Part shown: positions 10,628 to 21,677 of the stretch, in pieces
Position numbering within the stretch: position 1 is the first letter of the stretch
Layout: every line of letters starts with the position of its first letter
NCBI GenBank assembly: GCA_913052445.1
Contig: CAJXDP010000001.1
Span: forward strand, 187,791-251,790
Source: an uncultured Formosa sp.
GTDB taxonomy: Bacteria; Bacteroidota; Bacteroidia; Flavobacteriales; Flavobacteriaceae
Direction: 5' to 3'
DNA: 64,000 nucleotides
Program-made: the position numbers and the translations under genes
Notes under the pieces: model-generated
What the model saw: the letters and a program-made list of their open reading frames with translations, nothing else
Told to the model about the DNA's origin: nothing
Database searches by the model: none

Positions 10628-11647
10628 TTGAAAAACTTAAACTTTATTGATAAGCTGTTATTTCTGATTAATTCAGTCGTTGCAGTCTTGTTGCTTCTTT
10701 CTTATGGGTTGTCATATGTTCCCCCTAATAAATTTTCATTTTTATCTGTTTTAAGTCTTTCTGTCCCAATGTTTATTATTCTTAATATCACTTTTGGCTT
10801 CTATTGGTTAGTGAAATTAAAAAAACAGATGCTGCTTTCTGTTTTAGTTTTGGGATTAGGTTACAATTATATTTTATCTTTTTATAAATTTTCAAATGAT
10901 ATAATATCCTCTCAATCTAGTTTTTCATTAATGAGTTATAATGTTCGTCTTTTTAATTTATATGATTGGATCGACGAACCACTTCTCCCTCAAAAGATTC
11001 ACAGTTTTGTAACGAATAAAGCACCTTCAATTTTATGTTTTCAAGAATATGACACAGGTACTGTTTTAAAGTTTAAGTCTTACCCATATTCGTACTTTAC
11101 TGACAATTCCACCAGATATTCCTCTAACTTGGCAATTTTCTCTAAATATCAAATAGTTAGCTCTGGCACTATCGATTTTTCTGATTCCCCTAATAATTCT
11201 ATTTTTGCAGATGTTATTATCAAGTCAGATACAATTCGTATTTATAACCTCCATCTTCAATCTTCAGGAATTAATCCTAATATTGAAACCCTTGATTCAA
11301 AGCAGTCAAACAAGCTCATAAGCCGTCTAGGGGTTACTTTTAAGCAACAACAACATCAAGCTGAGTTAGTGGCAAGTCATATTTCTAAATCGCCCTATAA
11401 AGTTCTATTGTGTGGAGATTTCAACAATACGATATATTCATATGTCTTTAGAATTTTAAAATCAGAAATGTTAGACGCTTTTGAGGAAGCAGGTACTGGA
11501 TTTGGTCGTACTTTTAAATTCAAATATTTCCCATTTAGAATTGATTTTATATTGGCGGATCCCCGTATTAAAGTTGTTAGATTTTCTTCCTTTAACGAGA
11601 TTTTTTATTCGGACCATTTTCCAATCATGTCAGAGTTTGAGTTTTGA
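10628..11647 (+). CDS. Membrane-anchored endonuclease/exonuclease/phosphatase (EEP) family protein
   Basis: N-terminal TM helices; SYNV, CFQE, NLHL, GDFN, RIDFI and SDHFP motifs; TTG start. Confidence 0.88.
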   Translation: MKNLNFIDKLLFLINSVVAVLLLLSYGLSYVPPNKFSFLSVLSLSVPMFIILNITFGFYWLVKLKKQMLLSVLVLGLGYNYILSFYKFSNDIISSQSSFSLMSYNVRLFNLYDWIDEPLLPQKIHSFVTNKAPSILCFQEYDTGTVLKFKSYPYSYFTDNSTRYSSNLAIFSKYQIVSSGTIDFSDSPNNSIFADVIIKSDTIRIYNLHLQSSGINPNIETLDSKQSNKLISRLGVTFKQQQHQAELVASHISKSPYKVLLCGDFNNTIYSYVFRILKSEMLDAFEEAGTGFGRTFKFKYFPFRIDFILADPRIKVVRFSSFNEIFYSDHFPIMSEFEF

Positions 11648-11650
11648 GGA

Positions 11651-12265
11651 TTAAAATGTTAAAGCTTGAGTTTTTAAATAAGACTTTGCATTTGGACCTT
11701 CATTAAATAGCAAGTCTAAAATACTGAGGTTGTTTATAAGTCCGTGTTTATCCTTAAACACTTGTATGTACGGACTTATTTTTATCTCGCTTTCTTTTCT
11801 TGCATTTACTAAATGCCGATAATCATTTTGTTGTTTCTCTTTGATAAACTCTGATGACTTTGAGTAATCGATACTTAAATCTAAGCAACTATTTATAACT
11901 TCAATACATTCAAAATTGAATGCTAAAAGAGAGTCTTTTTTTGTAGTAAATAGAGAAACAAGTTCATCTTGATAATATTCAAAAAAAGGTGATGTTTTGT
12001 AAGCACTTTCTAATGATTTCCAATGTAAAGACTGCCAATTAATAGAGCTGTCAATCAAGATTTCACTAGTGTTTCGTCTATTTTTTTGTGAGAATTGAAC
12101 GGGTATGTGCAAACCTAACTTTCCATTTGCTCCATATATATAGCAGCGGTTCCTGTAGGTTTGTTTCTGATAGGAGTCCTGTACCTCAAACACAAGTCTT
12201 TTAGCTTGAGATATCACTACATAGGAGGCAATATTCGGAAAATACGTAGGATATAGAAGTGTCAT
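11651..12265 (-). CDS. WbqC family protein
   Basis: YQKQTYRNR, AYKTSPFFEYY, YIQVF and NLSILDLLFNEGP motifs. Confidence 0.85.
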   Translation of the reverse strand: MTLLYPTYFPNIASYVVISQAKRLVFEVQDSYQKQTYRNRCYIYGANGKLGLHIPVQFSQKNRRNTSEILIDSSINWQSLHWKSLESAYKTSPFFEYYQDELVSLFTTKKDSLLAFNFECIEVINSCLDLSIDYSKSSEFIKEKQQNDYRHLVNARKESEIKISPYIQVFKDKHGLINNLSILDLLFNEGPNAKSYLKTQALTF

Positions 12266-12318
12266 ACACGTGTTTAAATTTACTAGCTTTTTTGGCGAAA
12301 AAAGTCCTTAAAAATATC

Positions 12319-13926
12319 TCAATTGTCAAAAGATGTGTTTTTACGTTTTCGCCATTTCCGATATCCATACCACACTAGTAATAGAATTAAGAAATGTTTC
12401 AAATATGAGGTACGTTCACCATCGGGGTGAACTGTTGAAAAGAGACGCTCCCAACGTATTTTATCGAACCCTTTTCCGTTAGTATTCCAGCTCATCCAAA
12501 TAAATACTGGTTTTCCTACCACATGGTTAAAAGGCACAAACCCCCATCTACGAGCGTCTATAGAATTGTGACGGTTATCACCCATCATCCAATAATAGTT
12601 TTGTTTAAATTTATAATTGTCAGATAATTCACCATTTATGAATATCTGATTGCCTTTTATGGCTAATTTATTTCCTTCATATTCAGTGATAAGTCGTTTA
12701 TAAACGGCAATATTTTCTAAACTGATAGTAATACTTTTTCCTTTTTCAGGAATATATAGCGGACCAAAAAAATCCCGATTCCAGTCGTATGCAGGATCTT
12801 GTGGAAACTTTAATGCATCTCGCTCTCCTTTAGGTTGAATGTATTTATCAATACCAGCGACGCTCGGGTGGTTTTTAAACACTCTAACAGCCTCATCTGA
12901 TGCAGCAGGAATAATGATTTTATTTCCAGTTTGATAAATACCATCTGTAATATCATATCTTGTTTTTAACTGCTGAATGATACTTCTTTCAAACGATTTA
13001 CCGGGCTTTAATGTTACTTCATAGCTAAACTGTAATTTCGCACGGTAAGGAAGTGTATTTTGAACTCCGTTTATATAGACATATCCTTCTTTAACTTCTA
13101 AGGTATCTCCAGCAATTGCTACACAACGTTTTACTAAATTTGTTTTTTTGTCAATCGGCTTATAGTAGTTTCTGTCAGGAGTGAAGTCATTCATATCTTG
13201 AAGCGTATCCGCTGGTTGATTGAATACTACTATTTCGTTACGTTTAATGCTTTCCCAACCTGGAATTCTTAAATAGGGTAGTTGAAGTTTATTAATCCAA
13301 GAAGTTTTATTTTCTTCAAATCGATCATTAAAGAGGTAGGATTTTTTATTTAAAATTGGAATTGTGTCGTGAACCATTGGCATGCCTACTGTAGTCATTG
13401 GAACCCTTGGACCATAATGCATTTTACTAACAATTAAAAAGTCACCAACTAATAACGATTTTTCTAGCGAAGAAGAAGGGATCACATAGGGTTGTAGAGA
13501 ATAAGTATGAACTATAGTCGCTGCAACAATAGCAAATAATATTGAGCTTACCCATTCTCCAGAACTTGATTTTGGTGTCAAACTTCTGTCTTTAACATGC
13601 TTTACATCAGTAAAATAATTTAGATAATAGGAATAAAAACCTAAAGTTAAAACTGACAAAATAGTGTCTATATAATTGTTTTTTCCAAAACTTCTAGCAG
13701 TTTCAACCCATATAATAATTAACATTATTACATTAATTACAGGGATAAATAGAAGAGCGACCCACCACCAAGGTCGGTTTAAAATCTTCATTAAAACTAG
13801 ACCATTGTAAATGGGAATGTAAGCTTCGATTGCTTTTCGATCTGCCTTTATATATAATTTCCAAGTTCCAAGTCCATGAATCAATTGAATTATCATGAAA
13901 AATATAAGCCAATGTACTAAATCCAT
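12319..13926 (-). CDS. lepB: Signal peptidase I (long Bacteroidota type with N-terminal membrane domain)
   Basis: YVIPSSSLE (Ser), VGDFLIVSK, LVKRC (Lys), MMGDNRHNSxDARxWGFVP. Confidence 0.95.
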   Translation of the reverse strand: MDLVHWLIFFMIIQLIHGLGTWKLYIKADRKAIEAYIPIYNGLVLMKILNRPWWWVALLFIPVINVIMLIIIWVETARSFGKNNYIDTILSVLTLGFYSYYLNYFTDVKHVKDRSLTPKSSSGEWVSSILFAIVAATIVHTYSLQPYVIPSSSLEKSLLVGDFLIVSKMHYGPRVPMTTVGMPMVHDTIPILNKKSYLFNDRFEENKTSWINKLQLPYLRIPGWESIKRNEIVVFNQPADTLQDMNDFTPDRNYYKPIDKKTNLVKRCVAIAGDTLEVKEGYVYINGVQNTLPYRAKLQFSYEVTLKPGKSFERSIIQQLKTRYDITDGIYQTGNKIIIPAASDEAVRVFKNHPSVAGIDKYIQPKGERDALKFPQDPAYDWNRDFFGPLYIPEKGKSITISLENIAVYKRLITEYEGNKLAIKGNQIFINGELSDNYKFKQNYYWMMGDNRHNSIDARRWGFVPFNHVVGKPVFIWMSWNTNGKGFDKIRWERLFSTVHPDGERTSYLKHFLILLLVWYGYRKWRKRKNTSFDN

Positions 13927-13967
13927 ATTTTTTATTATTTAACTGCTTTTATTCCCGTTAGTATTTG

Positions 13968-14672
13968 TTATTTAAAATTCAAGACATCACTCATTGTATA
14001 AATCCCTTCTTTTCCAATTATCCATTCCGCAGCAACTACCGCACCCAAGGCAAATCCTTGTCTGTTGTGAGCATTGTGTGTTAGTGAAATTTTATCAATA
14101 CTAGAGTTATAATTGACGGTGTGTGTGCCAGGAACATTTTTATGCCGCTTAGCATTAATTTCTAACTTATTTGAGCCTTTAGCAGGTGCTAATTCCCAAG
14201 AATTATAATTACTTTTTTCTATGATATCTTCAGCGAGGGTAATTGCTGTTCCTGAAGGGGCGTCTACTTTCTGTGTGTGATGAATTTCTTCAATATCTAT
14301 ACTATAATCTGAAAGGTTTTTCATCATCTTAGCTACACTCTTATTAATTTCAAAGAAAATATTTACTCCCAAACTGAAATTAGAAGCATAAATAAAAGAA
14401 CCATTTTTAGCTATACAAAGTTTTTCAATAGTTTTTAACTCCGAAAGCCAACCAGTTGTACCAGAGATAACAGGTACATTACTTTTAAGTGCATTACTGA
14501 TATTTTTTACGGCTGATTCTGGAGTACTGAAATTAATCGCCACATCTACAAAACTAAAGTCATAATCCAAGTTATCTTTATCAATTTTTAAAGTTATTTC
14601 GTGTCCACGACCTTGAGCAATAGATTCTATTGCTTTTCCCATTTTTCCGTATCCTAGTAAAGCTATTCTCAT
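13968..14672 (-). CDS. dapB: 4-hydroxy-tetrahydrodipicolinate reductase
   Basis: GYGKMG, GTTGW, ASNFSLGV, EIHHTQKVDAPSGTA. Confidence 0.96.
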   Translation of the reverse strand: MRIALLGYGKMGKAIESIAQGRGHEITLKIDKDNLDYDFSFVDVAINFSTPESAVKNISNALKSNVPVISGTTGWLSELKTIEKLCIAKNGSFIYASNFSLGVNIFFEINKSVAKMMKNLSDYSIDIEEIHHTQKVDAPSGTAITLAEDIIEKSNYNSWELAPAKGSNKLEINAKRHKNVPGTHTVNYNSSIDKISLTHNAHNRQGFALGAVVAAEWIIGKEGIYTMSDVLNFK

Positions 14673-14673
14673 C

Positions 14674-15255
14674 TTAAAAATTAATATTTAAGGATAAACC
14701 AAGTTGTGCTGAGTTATTAGGTGTATCAAAATCTATATATGGCTTCACGGCTAGATTAGTATCCACATTATATTGTAATAAATGTGCATCTACATTTGCT
14801 TCTAGAATGTTTAAGGCATATAGTCCTATTGTAATTAAAAGTGATAACTCTTTGTTTCTTCTTAATGTTTGTTGTGCCCTTATTAGCGCTTGGTCTGACA
14901 AGATAGGGGTGTTGCCAGGACCATAAAATTCGTCATCTGTAAATCCTGCTAATCTTTTCTTGTAAGCATTTCTATAGCGTTTGTATACCTTATTGTTATC
15001 AAAATAAAAATAGGCTCCTGTTCCTATTGCAGCATATACAATAGGAATTTTCCAGTATTTTTTATTTCTAGCTTGTCCCAGACCAGGGACGATTGCTGAG
15101 TAAAATGCAGCTCTTGCTGGAGCTAGTGGATCTAGCTTGTAGCTAGAGGTTCGCTTTTCTTCTTTTTTTACAGAATTAGATTCTTCGGATGTTTGGGCAA
15201 CACTAAAGCATGAATATGTGATAAAAATTAAGAAGAAATATTGCTTATTAATCAC
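14674..15255 (-). CDS. DUF5683-like envelope protein
   Basis: Signal peptide; AAFYSAIVPGLGQ..NKKYWKIPIVY and ANVDAHL; lies between parB and dapB. Confidence 0.75.
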   Translation of the reverse strand: MINKQYFFLIFITYSCFSVAQTSEESNSVKKEEKRTSSYKLDPLAPARAAFYSAIVPGLGQARNKKYWKIPIVYAAIGTGAYFYFDNNKVYKRYRNAYKKRLAGFTDDEFYGPGNTPILSDQALIRAQQTLRRNKELSLLITIGLYALNILEANVDAHLLQYNVDTNLAVKPYIDFDTPNNSAQLGLSLNINF

Positions 15256-16144
15256 TTTTTAATAATTTTAAAATACGATCGTAATCTTCACTTGAATGAA
15301 AAGGAATTATAATTTTTCCACTACCATTTTTATCCATTCTAATATCGATCTTATGACCAAAATAGGCTGCTATTTTGGATGCTCCAATTTTTGTAAATTC
15401 TGGTATCTCGTTACGACTCTTAGTTTTAATAGTCTTTGGACTATTGTAAGCTTTTACAAGTTTTTCAGTCGATCTTACAGAAAGTTTTTTAGCTAAAATT
15501 TCCTTGTATATTTTGATTTGATCATTATGAAAATTAATATTTATTATTGCCCTTCCATGTCCCATTGAAATAAATCCATCTCGAATCCCTGATTGAATTA
15601 AAGGTTCTAGTTTTAGTAGTCTCAAATAATTTGCAATAGTTGAGCGTTTTTTACCAACACGTGTACTCATTTGCTCTTGCGTCAATTTTATATCGTCCAT
15701 TAGACGCTGATAACTTAATGCAATTTCAATAGGATCTAAATCTTGGCGTTGAATATTCTCAACTAAAGCCATTTCTAAAGATTGTTGGTCATTTACATTT
15801 CTTACATATGCCGGTATTGTTTTTAATCCCAAAAATGATGCAGCTCTTAAACGACGTTCTCCGGAAACCAATTGAAAGTTAGTTTCTGTCATTTTACGGA
15901 CCGTAATCGGTTGAATGATTCCAAGTTCTTGTATTGATGAAGCTAATTCACGTATATTTTCTTCTTTGAACTGTGTTCTGGGTTGAAAAGGATTCAATTC
16001 AATAATACCAAGTTCTAATTCAACAATAGTTCCTTGTTGTGGACTTATATTTAAACCTTCTTCTTTAGAATTTTCTACTTTTGAATCTTGCAATATAGCA
16101 GCAAGCCCTCGTCCTAAGACTTGTTTTTTAATAGCTTTGGCCAT
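15248..16144 (-). CDS. parB: Chromosome partitioning protein ParB/Spo0J
   Basis: LGRGL N-terminus, NPFQPR, GERRLRA, ENIQRQDL, HTH region KKRSTIANYLRLL. Confidence 0.96.
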   Translation of the reverse strand: MAKAIKKQVLGRGLAAILQDSKVENSKEEGLNISPQQGTIVELELGIIELNPFQPRTQFKEENIRELASSIQELGIIQPITVRKMTETNFQLVSGERRLRAASFLGLKTIPAYVRNVNDQQSLEMALVENIQRQDLDPIEIALSYQRLMDDIKLTQEQMSTRVGKKRSTIANYLRLLKLEPLIQSGIRDGFISMGHGRAIININFHNDQIKIYKEILAKKLSVRSTEKLVKAYNSPKTIKTKSRNEIPEFTKIGASKIAAYFGHKIDIRMDKNGSGKIIIPFHSSEDYDRILKLLKSD

Positions 16145-16148
16145 TATT

Positions 16149-16910
16149 TTACTGTTTATTGATAATTTCTTTAGCCAAACTTAAGTAATTTGTGGCACCT
16201 TTACTATTGACATCATAATAAATTATGCTTTCTCCATGACTCGGAGCTTCACTGAGTCTAACATTTCGTTGTATGATGGATTTAAAAACCATTTCTGAAA
16301 AATGATTTTGAACTTCTTCAACAACTTGATTAGACAATCGTAACCTTGAATCATACATAGTTAGTAATAACCCTTCAATATCCAAAAGTTCATTATGTAT
16401 TTTTTGAATGCTCTTTATTGTATTAAGTAACTTACCGAGTCCTTCAAGAGCAAAGTATTCGCATTGTATCGGAATAATTACGGAATCTGCAGCTGTTAAC
16501 GCATTTAATGTCAGTAAACCCAATGAAGGTGCGCAATCAATCAGTATAAAGTCGTAGTTATCTATAACTGGTTCTATAGCTTGTTTAAGCATATATTCAC
16601 GCTCTTCCATGTTAACCAATTCAATTTCTATAGCGACTAGGTCTATATGAGACGGTATGATATCCACATTTGTTGCAGAGGTTTTTTGAATTACCTCATT
16701 TGCAGTACAATTATGTTCTAAGAGTTGATAAGTACCTAGTTCAACATTATCAACATCAATTCCTAATCCAGAAGATGCATTTGCCTGAGGGTCTGCATCG
16801 ATTAGCAAGATATTTTTATCTAATGCACCAAGGCAAGCGGCAAGATTCACAGTAGTAGTGGTCTTTCCAACTCCTCCTTTTTGATTAGCTATAGCAATTA
16901 CTTTTCCCAT
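16149..16910 (-). CDS. parA: Chromosome partitioning ATPase ParA/Soj
   Basis: NQKGGVGKTTT, DADPQAN, IDCAPSLG, QCEYFALEG, RNVRLSEAPS. Confidence 0.96.
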   Translation of the reverse strand: MGKVIAIANQKGGVGKTTTTVNLAACLGALDKNILLIDADPQANASSGLGIDVDNVELGTYQLLEHNCTANEVIQKTSATNVDIIPSHIDLVAIEIELVNMEEREYMLKQAIEPVIDNYDFILIDCAPSLGLLTLNALTAADSVIIPIQCEYFALEGLGKLLNTIKSIQKIHNELLDIEGLLLTMYDSRLRLSNQVVEEVQNHFSEMVFKSIIQRNVRLSEAPSHGESIIYYDVNSKGATNYLSLAKEIINKQ

Positions 16911-17097
16911 TAATTAAATACTTATACATGTAAAAATACAATTATTTAGTAAGAAAAAAACTCAAATTGTTTAAGAATTTATCCTAGTTTTAAACTCAAA
17001 TTTAATAGTGTGGTTTAGTTTTATAGAGTTAACTTATTGATAAAGATTTCATTTAAAAATTACTTTAAAAAAGTATTGGTTAATTTTGTATAAGTAA

Positions 17098-19215
17098 TTA
17101 GTTTATTAATATTTCTAATATATCAATAGCTGTGTCACTAATTTTTGTCCCAGGTCCAAATACACAAATAGTTCCCGCTTCAAATAAATAGAGATAATCT
17201 TGTTTGGGTATTACACCTCCTACAATTACCATAATATCCTCTCTTCCATGGGATTTAAGAGCGTCAATTACTTTAGGAACTAAGGTCTTATGACCTCCAG
17301 CTAAAGAAGAGACACCTAAAATATGAACATCATTTTCTACTGCTTGTTTTGCAGCTTCTTCAGCACTTTGAAATAAAGAACCAATATCAACATCAAAACC
17401 TAGATCGGCATAACCTGTAGCCACTACTTTTGCACCTCTATCATGGCCATCTTGACCTATTTTTGCAATCATAATACGAGGACGTCTTCCTTCTGTTTTA
17501 GAAAACTGATCTGCTAAATTTTTAGCTTTTTTAAATGATATATCATCCTTTATTTCTTTACTGTACACTCCTGAAAAAGTTTTAATTTCTGCTTTATATC
17601 TACCAAATTTTTTTTCTAATGCGTTACTAATTTCTCCTAGCGTTGCACGTAAACGGGCAGCTTCTACAGCTAAAGCTAACAAATTTTCGGACCCATCCAT
17701 AGCTACTTTAGATAATCTTTCTAAAATCACTTCTACTTTTTTTGTGTCCCTAATTGATTTTATGTTATGTAACCTATCAATTTGTTGCGATCTTACGAGC
17801 TCGTTATCAACTTCTAAAACATGTAATGGATCTTCTTTTTTTAGTTGATATTTATTTACCCCTACAATAATATCCTGACCTGAATCAATTCGCGCCTGTT
17901 TTCTGGCGGCAGCTTCTTCAATTCTTAGTTTTGGCACCCCTGATTTAATTGCTGAAGTCATTCCACCCAAGGATTCCACTTCTTGAATATGATTCCATGC
18001 CTTTTCGGCAATTTCATGAGTTAGTTTTTCTATATAATAACTTCCTGCCCACGGGTCAACGGTTTTAGTTATATTAGTTTCCTTTTGTAAATACAATTGT
18101 GTATTTCTTGCAATCCTTGCTGAAAAATCTGTAGGCAATGCGATGGCTTCATCAAGGGCATTTGTATGTAAGCTTTGGGTTCCTCCAAAAATGGCTGCAG
18201 TGGCTTCAATACAAGTTCGCGTTACATTATTAAAAGGGTCTTGTTCTGTTAAGCTCCATCCGCTTGTTTGACAGTGGGTTCTCAAAGCTAGAGATTTTGG
18301 ATTTTTAGGATTAAACTCTTTGACTATTTTTGCCCACAACATACGAGCAGCTCTTAATTTGGCAATTTCCATAAAATGATTCATCCCAATTCCCCAGAAA
18401 AATGATAGACGCGGTGCGAAGATATCTATATCCAGTCCTGCCTTTAATCCTTTTCGGATATACTCAAGACCGTTTGCCAATGTGTAAGCCAATTCAATAT
18501 CAGCTGTGGCTCCTGCTTCCTGCATATGGTAGCCTGAAATACTTATGCTGTTAAATTTTGGCATGTGTCTACTGGTGTATTCAAAAATATCTGATACAAT
18601 TTTCATGGACTCTTCTGGAGGATATATATATGTGTTCCTTACCATAAACTCTTTTAAGATGTCATTTTGAATCGTACCACTTAAATCTTCTAGTTTAACT
18701 CCCTGTTCTTGAGCAGCTACAATATAAAAAGCCATAATTGGTAAAACAGCACCATTCATAGTCATTGAAACACTCATTTGATTTAATGGAATTTCATTAA
18801 ACAATAGCTTCATGTCCTCTACAGTATCAATAGCAACTCCAGCTTTTCCTACATCCCCAACGACACGATCATGATCACTATCATAGCCTCTGTGTGTTGG
18901 AAGGTCAAATGCTACTGACAACCCTTTTTGTCCCGCTTTTAAATTTCTTTTATAAAAGGCATTACTATCTTCTGCCGTTGAGAAGCCAGCATATTGACGT
19001 ATAGTCCAAGGACGTTGAACATACATAGTGCTATAAGGACCTCTTAGAAAAGGCGCATTTCCTGCTGGAAAGTCCAAGTGTTCTAAGCTTTCTATGTCTC
19101 TTTCGGAATACCGAGATTTGAGATTAATAGTTTCTGCAGTACTAAAATTAGTTTTTTTATTGTTTTTGGACTTCAAACCTTCTAGAACGATATGTTGTAT
19201 GTTTTTTCTACTCAT
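17098..19215 (-). CDS. scpA: Methylmalonyl-CoA mutase, catalytic B12-binding subunit
   Basis: [24 protein letters not shown]; B12-binding [10 protein letters not shown] and SSLAGGH. Confidence 0.96.
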   Translation of the reverse strand: MSRKNIQHIVLEGLKSKNNKKTNFSTAETINLKSRYSERDIESLEHLDFPAGNAPFLRGPYSTMYVQRPWTIRQYAGFSTAEDSNAFYKRNLKAGQKGLSVAFDLPTHRGYDSDHDRVVGDVGKAGVAIDTVEDMKLLFNEIPLNQMSVSMTMNGAVLPIMAFYIVAAQEQGVKLEDLSGTIQNDILKEFMVRNTYIYPPEESMKIVSDIFEYTSRHMPKFNSISISGYHMQEAGATADIELAYTLANGLEYIRKGLKAGLDIDIFAPRLSFFWGIGMNHFMEIAKLRAARMLWAKIVKEFNPKNPKSLALRTHCQTSGWSLTEQDPFNNVTRTCIEATAAIFGGTQSLHTNALDEAIALPTDFSARIARNTQLYLQKETNITKTVDPWAGSYYIEKLTHEIAEKAWNHIQEVESLGGMTSAIKSGVPKLRIEEAAARKQARIDSGQDIIVGVNKYQLKKEDPLHVLEVDNELVRSQQIDRLHNIKSIRDTKKVEVILERLSKVAMDGSENLLALAVEAARLRATLGEISNALEKKFGRYKAEIKTFSGVYSKEIKDDISFKKAKNLADQFSKTEGRRPRIMIAKIGQDGHDRGAKVVATGYADLGFDVDIGSLFQSAEEAAKQAVENDVHILGVSSLAGGHKTLVPKVIDALKSHGREDIMVIVGGVIPKQDYLYLFEAGTICVFGPGTKISDTAIDILEILIN

Positions 19216-20578
19216 ACTTTAACCGTTTTTGCTCTATGTTTTCTGCAATTCTTCTAGGGATTATTGGTTCTAAAAGTGTTTTTCTGACATTTTGTTTTAC
19301 AAAAGGGTATAGTTCCAAGTCAGCTTTCATTTTGTCAGAAGTATTTTCTTGAAAATGTGTTCCTAAAAGTCCTTCGCTTCCTTCATCATAAAAAAGTTGT
19401 TCTTTGAGTGAATGCGCTTTAATTTTGCGCTGAATAATGCCTTGTTTTAATAGTTTTAAGTAGCCTCCTTCTTTTTCAATATCTTTAAATAATTCCAAGG
19501 CCTTTTGAGCAAGTCCCTTTGTGAGGGTTTCAATGTAATAAACCCCTTCTGTTGGATTGGAAACTACGTCAAAGTAACTTTCATTTTTTAGAATTAATAA
19601 CTGATTTCTTGAAAGCCGATCACCAAATTTATTAGCCTTGTGATAGAGTTGATCATAGGGCATGTTAATAATTGTGTCAGAACTGCCTAAGATTGCACTC
19701 ATGCATTCGGTAGTTGTGCGTAACATATTAGTATTATAATCGTAAATTGTTTTGTTACGCTTGCTTGGTTGACTAATTATATGGCAATCAATTGACACTC
19801 CATAGTCTTTCGTTAGACTTTGCCACAATAGTCTAAGGGCTTGAATTTTTGCAATTTCAAAAAAGTAATTACTTCCGATTGATAATTTAAATACAACCGA
19901 TTTTACAAGCTTACCATTAAACAGGTTTAGATATTCATTCACTTGGGCTAGGGTATAGGCCAACTGTTGAACAATACTACTGCCCGCATTTTGAAATAGT
20001 CCTAGATCTACCGAGATAACTCCTTTAAGTTCATTTCCAGAAATGAGAATTTTATTTAATTTTTCTATATCAGATTTTATGTTTTTAAACCAGTTTCCTG
20101 ACTTAGAAAGCTGCCCAATTGGGTCATTTAGTATATAAAATGTTGTATTTTTTTTTTCGGAATACTGCTGTAATTTTTTTGTAAATTTCTCTGAAATAAA
20201 TAAAGTCTCAAAGTAAATAGGTATGCGGCTTAGATCGATGTTTTCTAAAAGCGTTTCAATGGAAATTGTCTCCTGTGGAATTGTAAAGTATAAACACTCA
20301 ACCCCACTTTCAACTAGATATATGGCATGTATGTTACTTTTTTCAACCGATTTTACATATATAGAATGACCAATATTCCAATCCGAAGAATTATATTCAA
20401 TTTCAGGAGATTTTGAATAGGACTCTGAATGGTAAAATGGTTTTACATCAATTCCTTCAATAGATTTCCATACCAATGTATCGTTAAAATCTTTTCCTTG
20501 AAGTTCAAATTGAATCTTTTGCTTCCACTGCTTTTCAGTAGTAGGCTCAAAATCTTCAAAAAGGGATGTGTTATTCAT
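19208..20578 (-). CDS. mutA: Methylmalonyl-CoA mutase small (non-catalytic) subunit
   Basis: [39 protein letters not shown]; no DxHxxG B12 motif. Confidence 0.88.
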   Translation of the reverse strand: MNNTSLFEDFEPTTEKQWKQKIQFELQGKDFNDTLVWKSIEGIDVKPFYHSESYSKSPEIEYNSSDWNIGHSIYVKSVEKSNIHAIYLVESGVECLYFTIPQETISIETLLENIDLSRIPIYFETLFISEKFTKKLQQYSEKKNTTFYILNDPIGQLSKSGNWFKNIKSDIEKLNKILISGNELKGVISVDLGLFQNAGSSIVQQLAYTLAQVNEYLNLFNGKLVKSVVFKLSIGSNYFFEIAKIQALRLLWQSLTKDYGVSIDCHIISQPSKRNKTIYDYNTNMLRTTTECMSAILGSSDTIINMPYDQLYHKANKFGDRLSRNQLLILKNESYFDVVSNPTEGVYYIETLTKGLAQKALELFKDIEKEGGYLKLLKQGIIQRKIKAHSLKEQLFYDEGSEGLLGTHFQENTSDKMKADLELYPFVKQNVRKTLLEPIIPRRIAENIEQKRLKYE

Positions 20579-20903
20579 TTTTTTTATTTTTTAAGCTATC
20601 AAGGTCTTCAATAATGTAAATGACTTCGTTGTCTTTTTTCATTTTATAATGCTCTCGAGCATATTTTTCAACTCCGTTTGTAGAATTGAGTATGTTTATT
20701 TCTTTTTTATCTTTAGCTATTTCACTATTATAAAACTCGATTTTTGAATCTAAGTCATCAATCTCATCATTCAAGTCTCCATGAATAAGCCAAGAATTGG
20801 CATCAAACATAGTCATCCAAATTATAAATGCGATTAATGTAATTACGTAGATGTTTTTAAGGGGTTTTATAAGTCTCAACCCAACTTTTATTTTGTTTAG
20901 CAT
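20571..20903 (-). CDS. Septum formation initiator (FtsB/DivIC family)
   Basis: One TM helix, coiled coil, EKYAREHYKMKKDNEVIY motif. Confidence 0.85.
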   Translation of the reverse strand: MLNKIKVGLRLIKPLKNIYVITLIAFIIWMTMFDANSWLIHGDLNDEIDDLDSKIEFYNSEIAKDKKEINILNSTNGVEKYAREHYKMKKDNEVIYIIEDLDSLKNKKNE

Positions 20904-21508
20904 TAGAGTTGTTCATTTATAATTGACTTCACTACGTTTACAGCCACAGTGTTAAAGTGGTTGTTAGGAATTATGATATCTGCAAACGCTTTCATAGGCT
21001 CAATAAACTGCTCATGCATTGGCTTAAGCGTTGTTTGGTAGCGTTCAAGTACTTCATCTAAATCTCGTCCTCTTTCTGCGATATCTCTTTTCAACCTACG
21101 CATTAATCGCTCATCACTATCGGCATGAACAAAGATTTTAATATCAAAAATTGACCTTAACTGGGTGTTTGATAAAATTAATATTCCTTCAACAATAATT
21201 ACTTTTTTAGGCTTTGTAAGTGTTGTGTCTTTTGTGCGGTTGTGTGTTTTGAACGAATAGACAGGCTGGTCAACACTTTTGCCTTCTCTTAGATTCTTTA
21301 GATGGGATTCTAGTAGCTCGAAATCAATGGACTGTGGATGGTCAAAGTTGATTTTACAGCGTTCTTCAAAAGTTAAATGTGAGGTATCTTTATAGTAAGA
21401 ATCTTGAGATATTACTTGAACTTCTCCTTTTGGAAACTCAGAAATAATTTGATTCACTACCGTAGTTTTTCCACTGCCAGTTCCGCCACTAATACCTATA
21501 ATTAGCAT
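20903..21508 (-). CDS. udk: Uridine kinase
   Basis: GISGGTGSGKTT, QDSYY, NFDHP, EGIL, RRLKRD. Confidence 0.95.
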   Translation of the reverse strand: MLIIGISGGTGSGKTTVVNQIISEFPKGEVQVISQDSYYKDTSHLTFEERCKINFDHPQSIDFELLESHLKNLREGKSVDQPVYSFKTHNRTKDTTLTKPKKVIIVEGILILSNTQLRSIFDIKIFVHADSDERLMRRLKRDIAERGRDLDEVLERYQTTLKPMHEQFIEPMKAFADIIIPNNHFNTVAVNVVKSIINEQL

Positions 21509-21530
21509 ATGTTTTTTTTTTCAATTTTAA

Positions 21531-21658
21531 CAAAGTTAAGATTATTTTATTGGTTTAGGATTATTCCACTCTAATAATAATGTGATGAATTAGTCTACAA
21601 TTTTAAATAAACTGTTAATAACTTATGGTGTAATTTTTCGTTAAAACTACTATTTTTG
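21531..21658. promoter_or_regulatory. Divergent Bacteroidota sigma-A promoters for udk (-) and trxB (+)
   Basis: TAACTTTG on the - strand at 21531-21538 and TATTTTTG on + at 21651-21658, both matching TAnnTTTG about 20 nt before the starts. Confidence 0.65.
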
Positions 21659-21677
21659 TAAACTAAATATTAAAAAC

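Noticed and set aside
16911-17097. Possible oriC upstream of parA
   Set aside because: AT-rich, but no cluster of convincing DnaA boxes and no dnaA or mnmG nearby
20148-20157. A10 run in mutA and similar 9-10 nt homopolymers (gcvT near 49247, upstream of udk) as phase-variation sites
   Set aside because: The frames are intact and such runs are expected in AT-rich DNA; unlike dnaX there is no domain boundary or precedent
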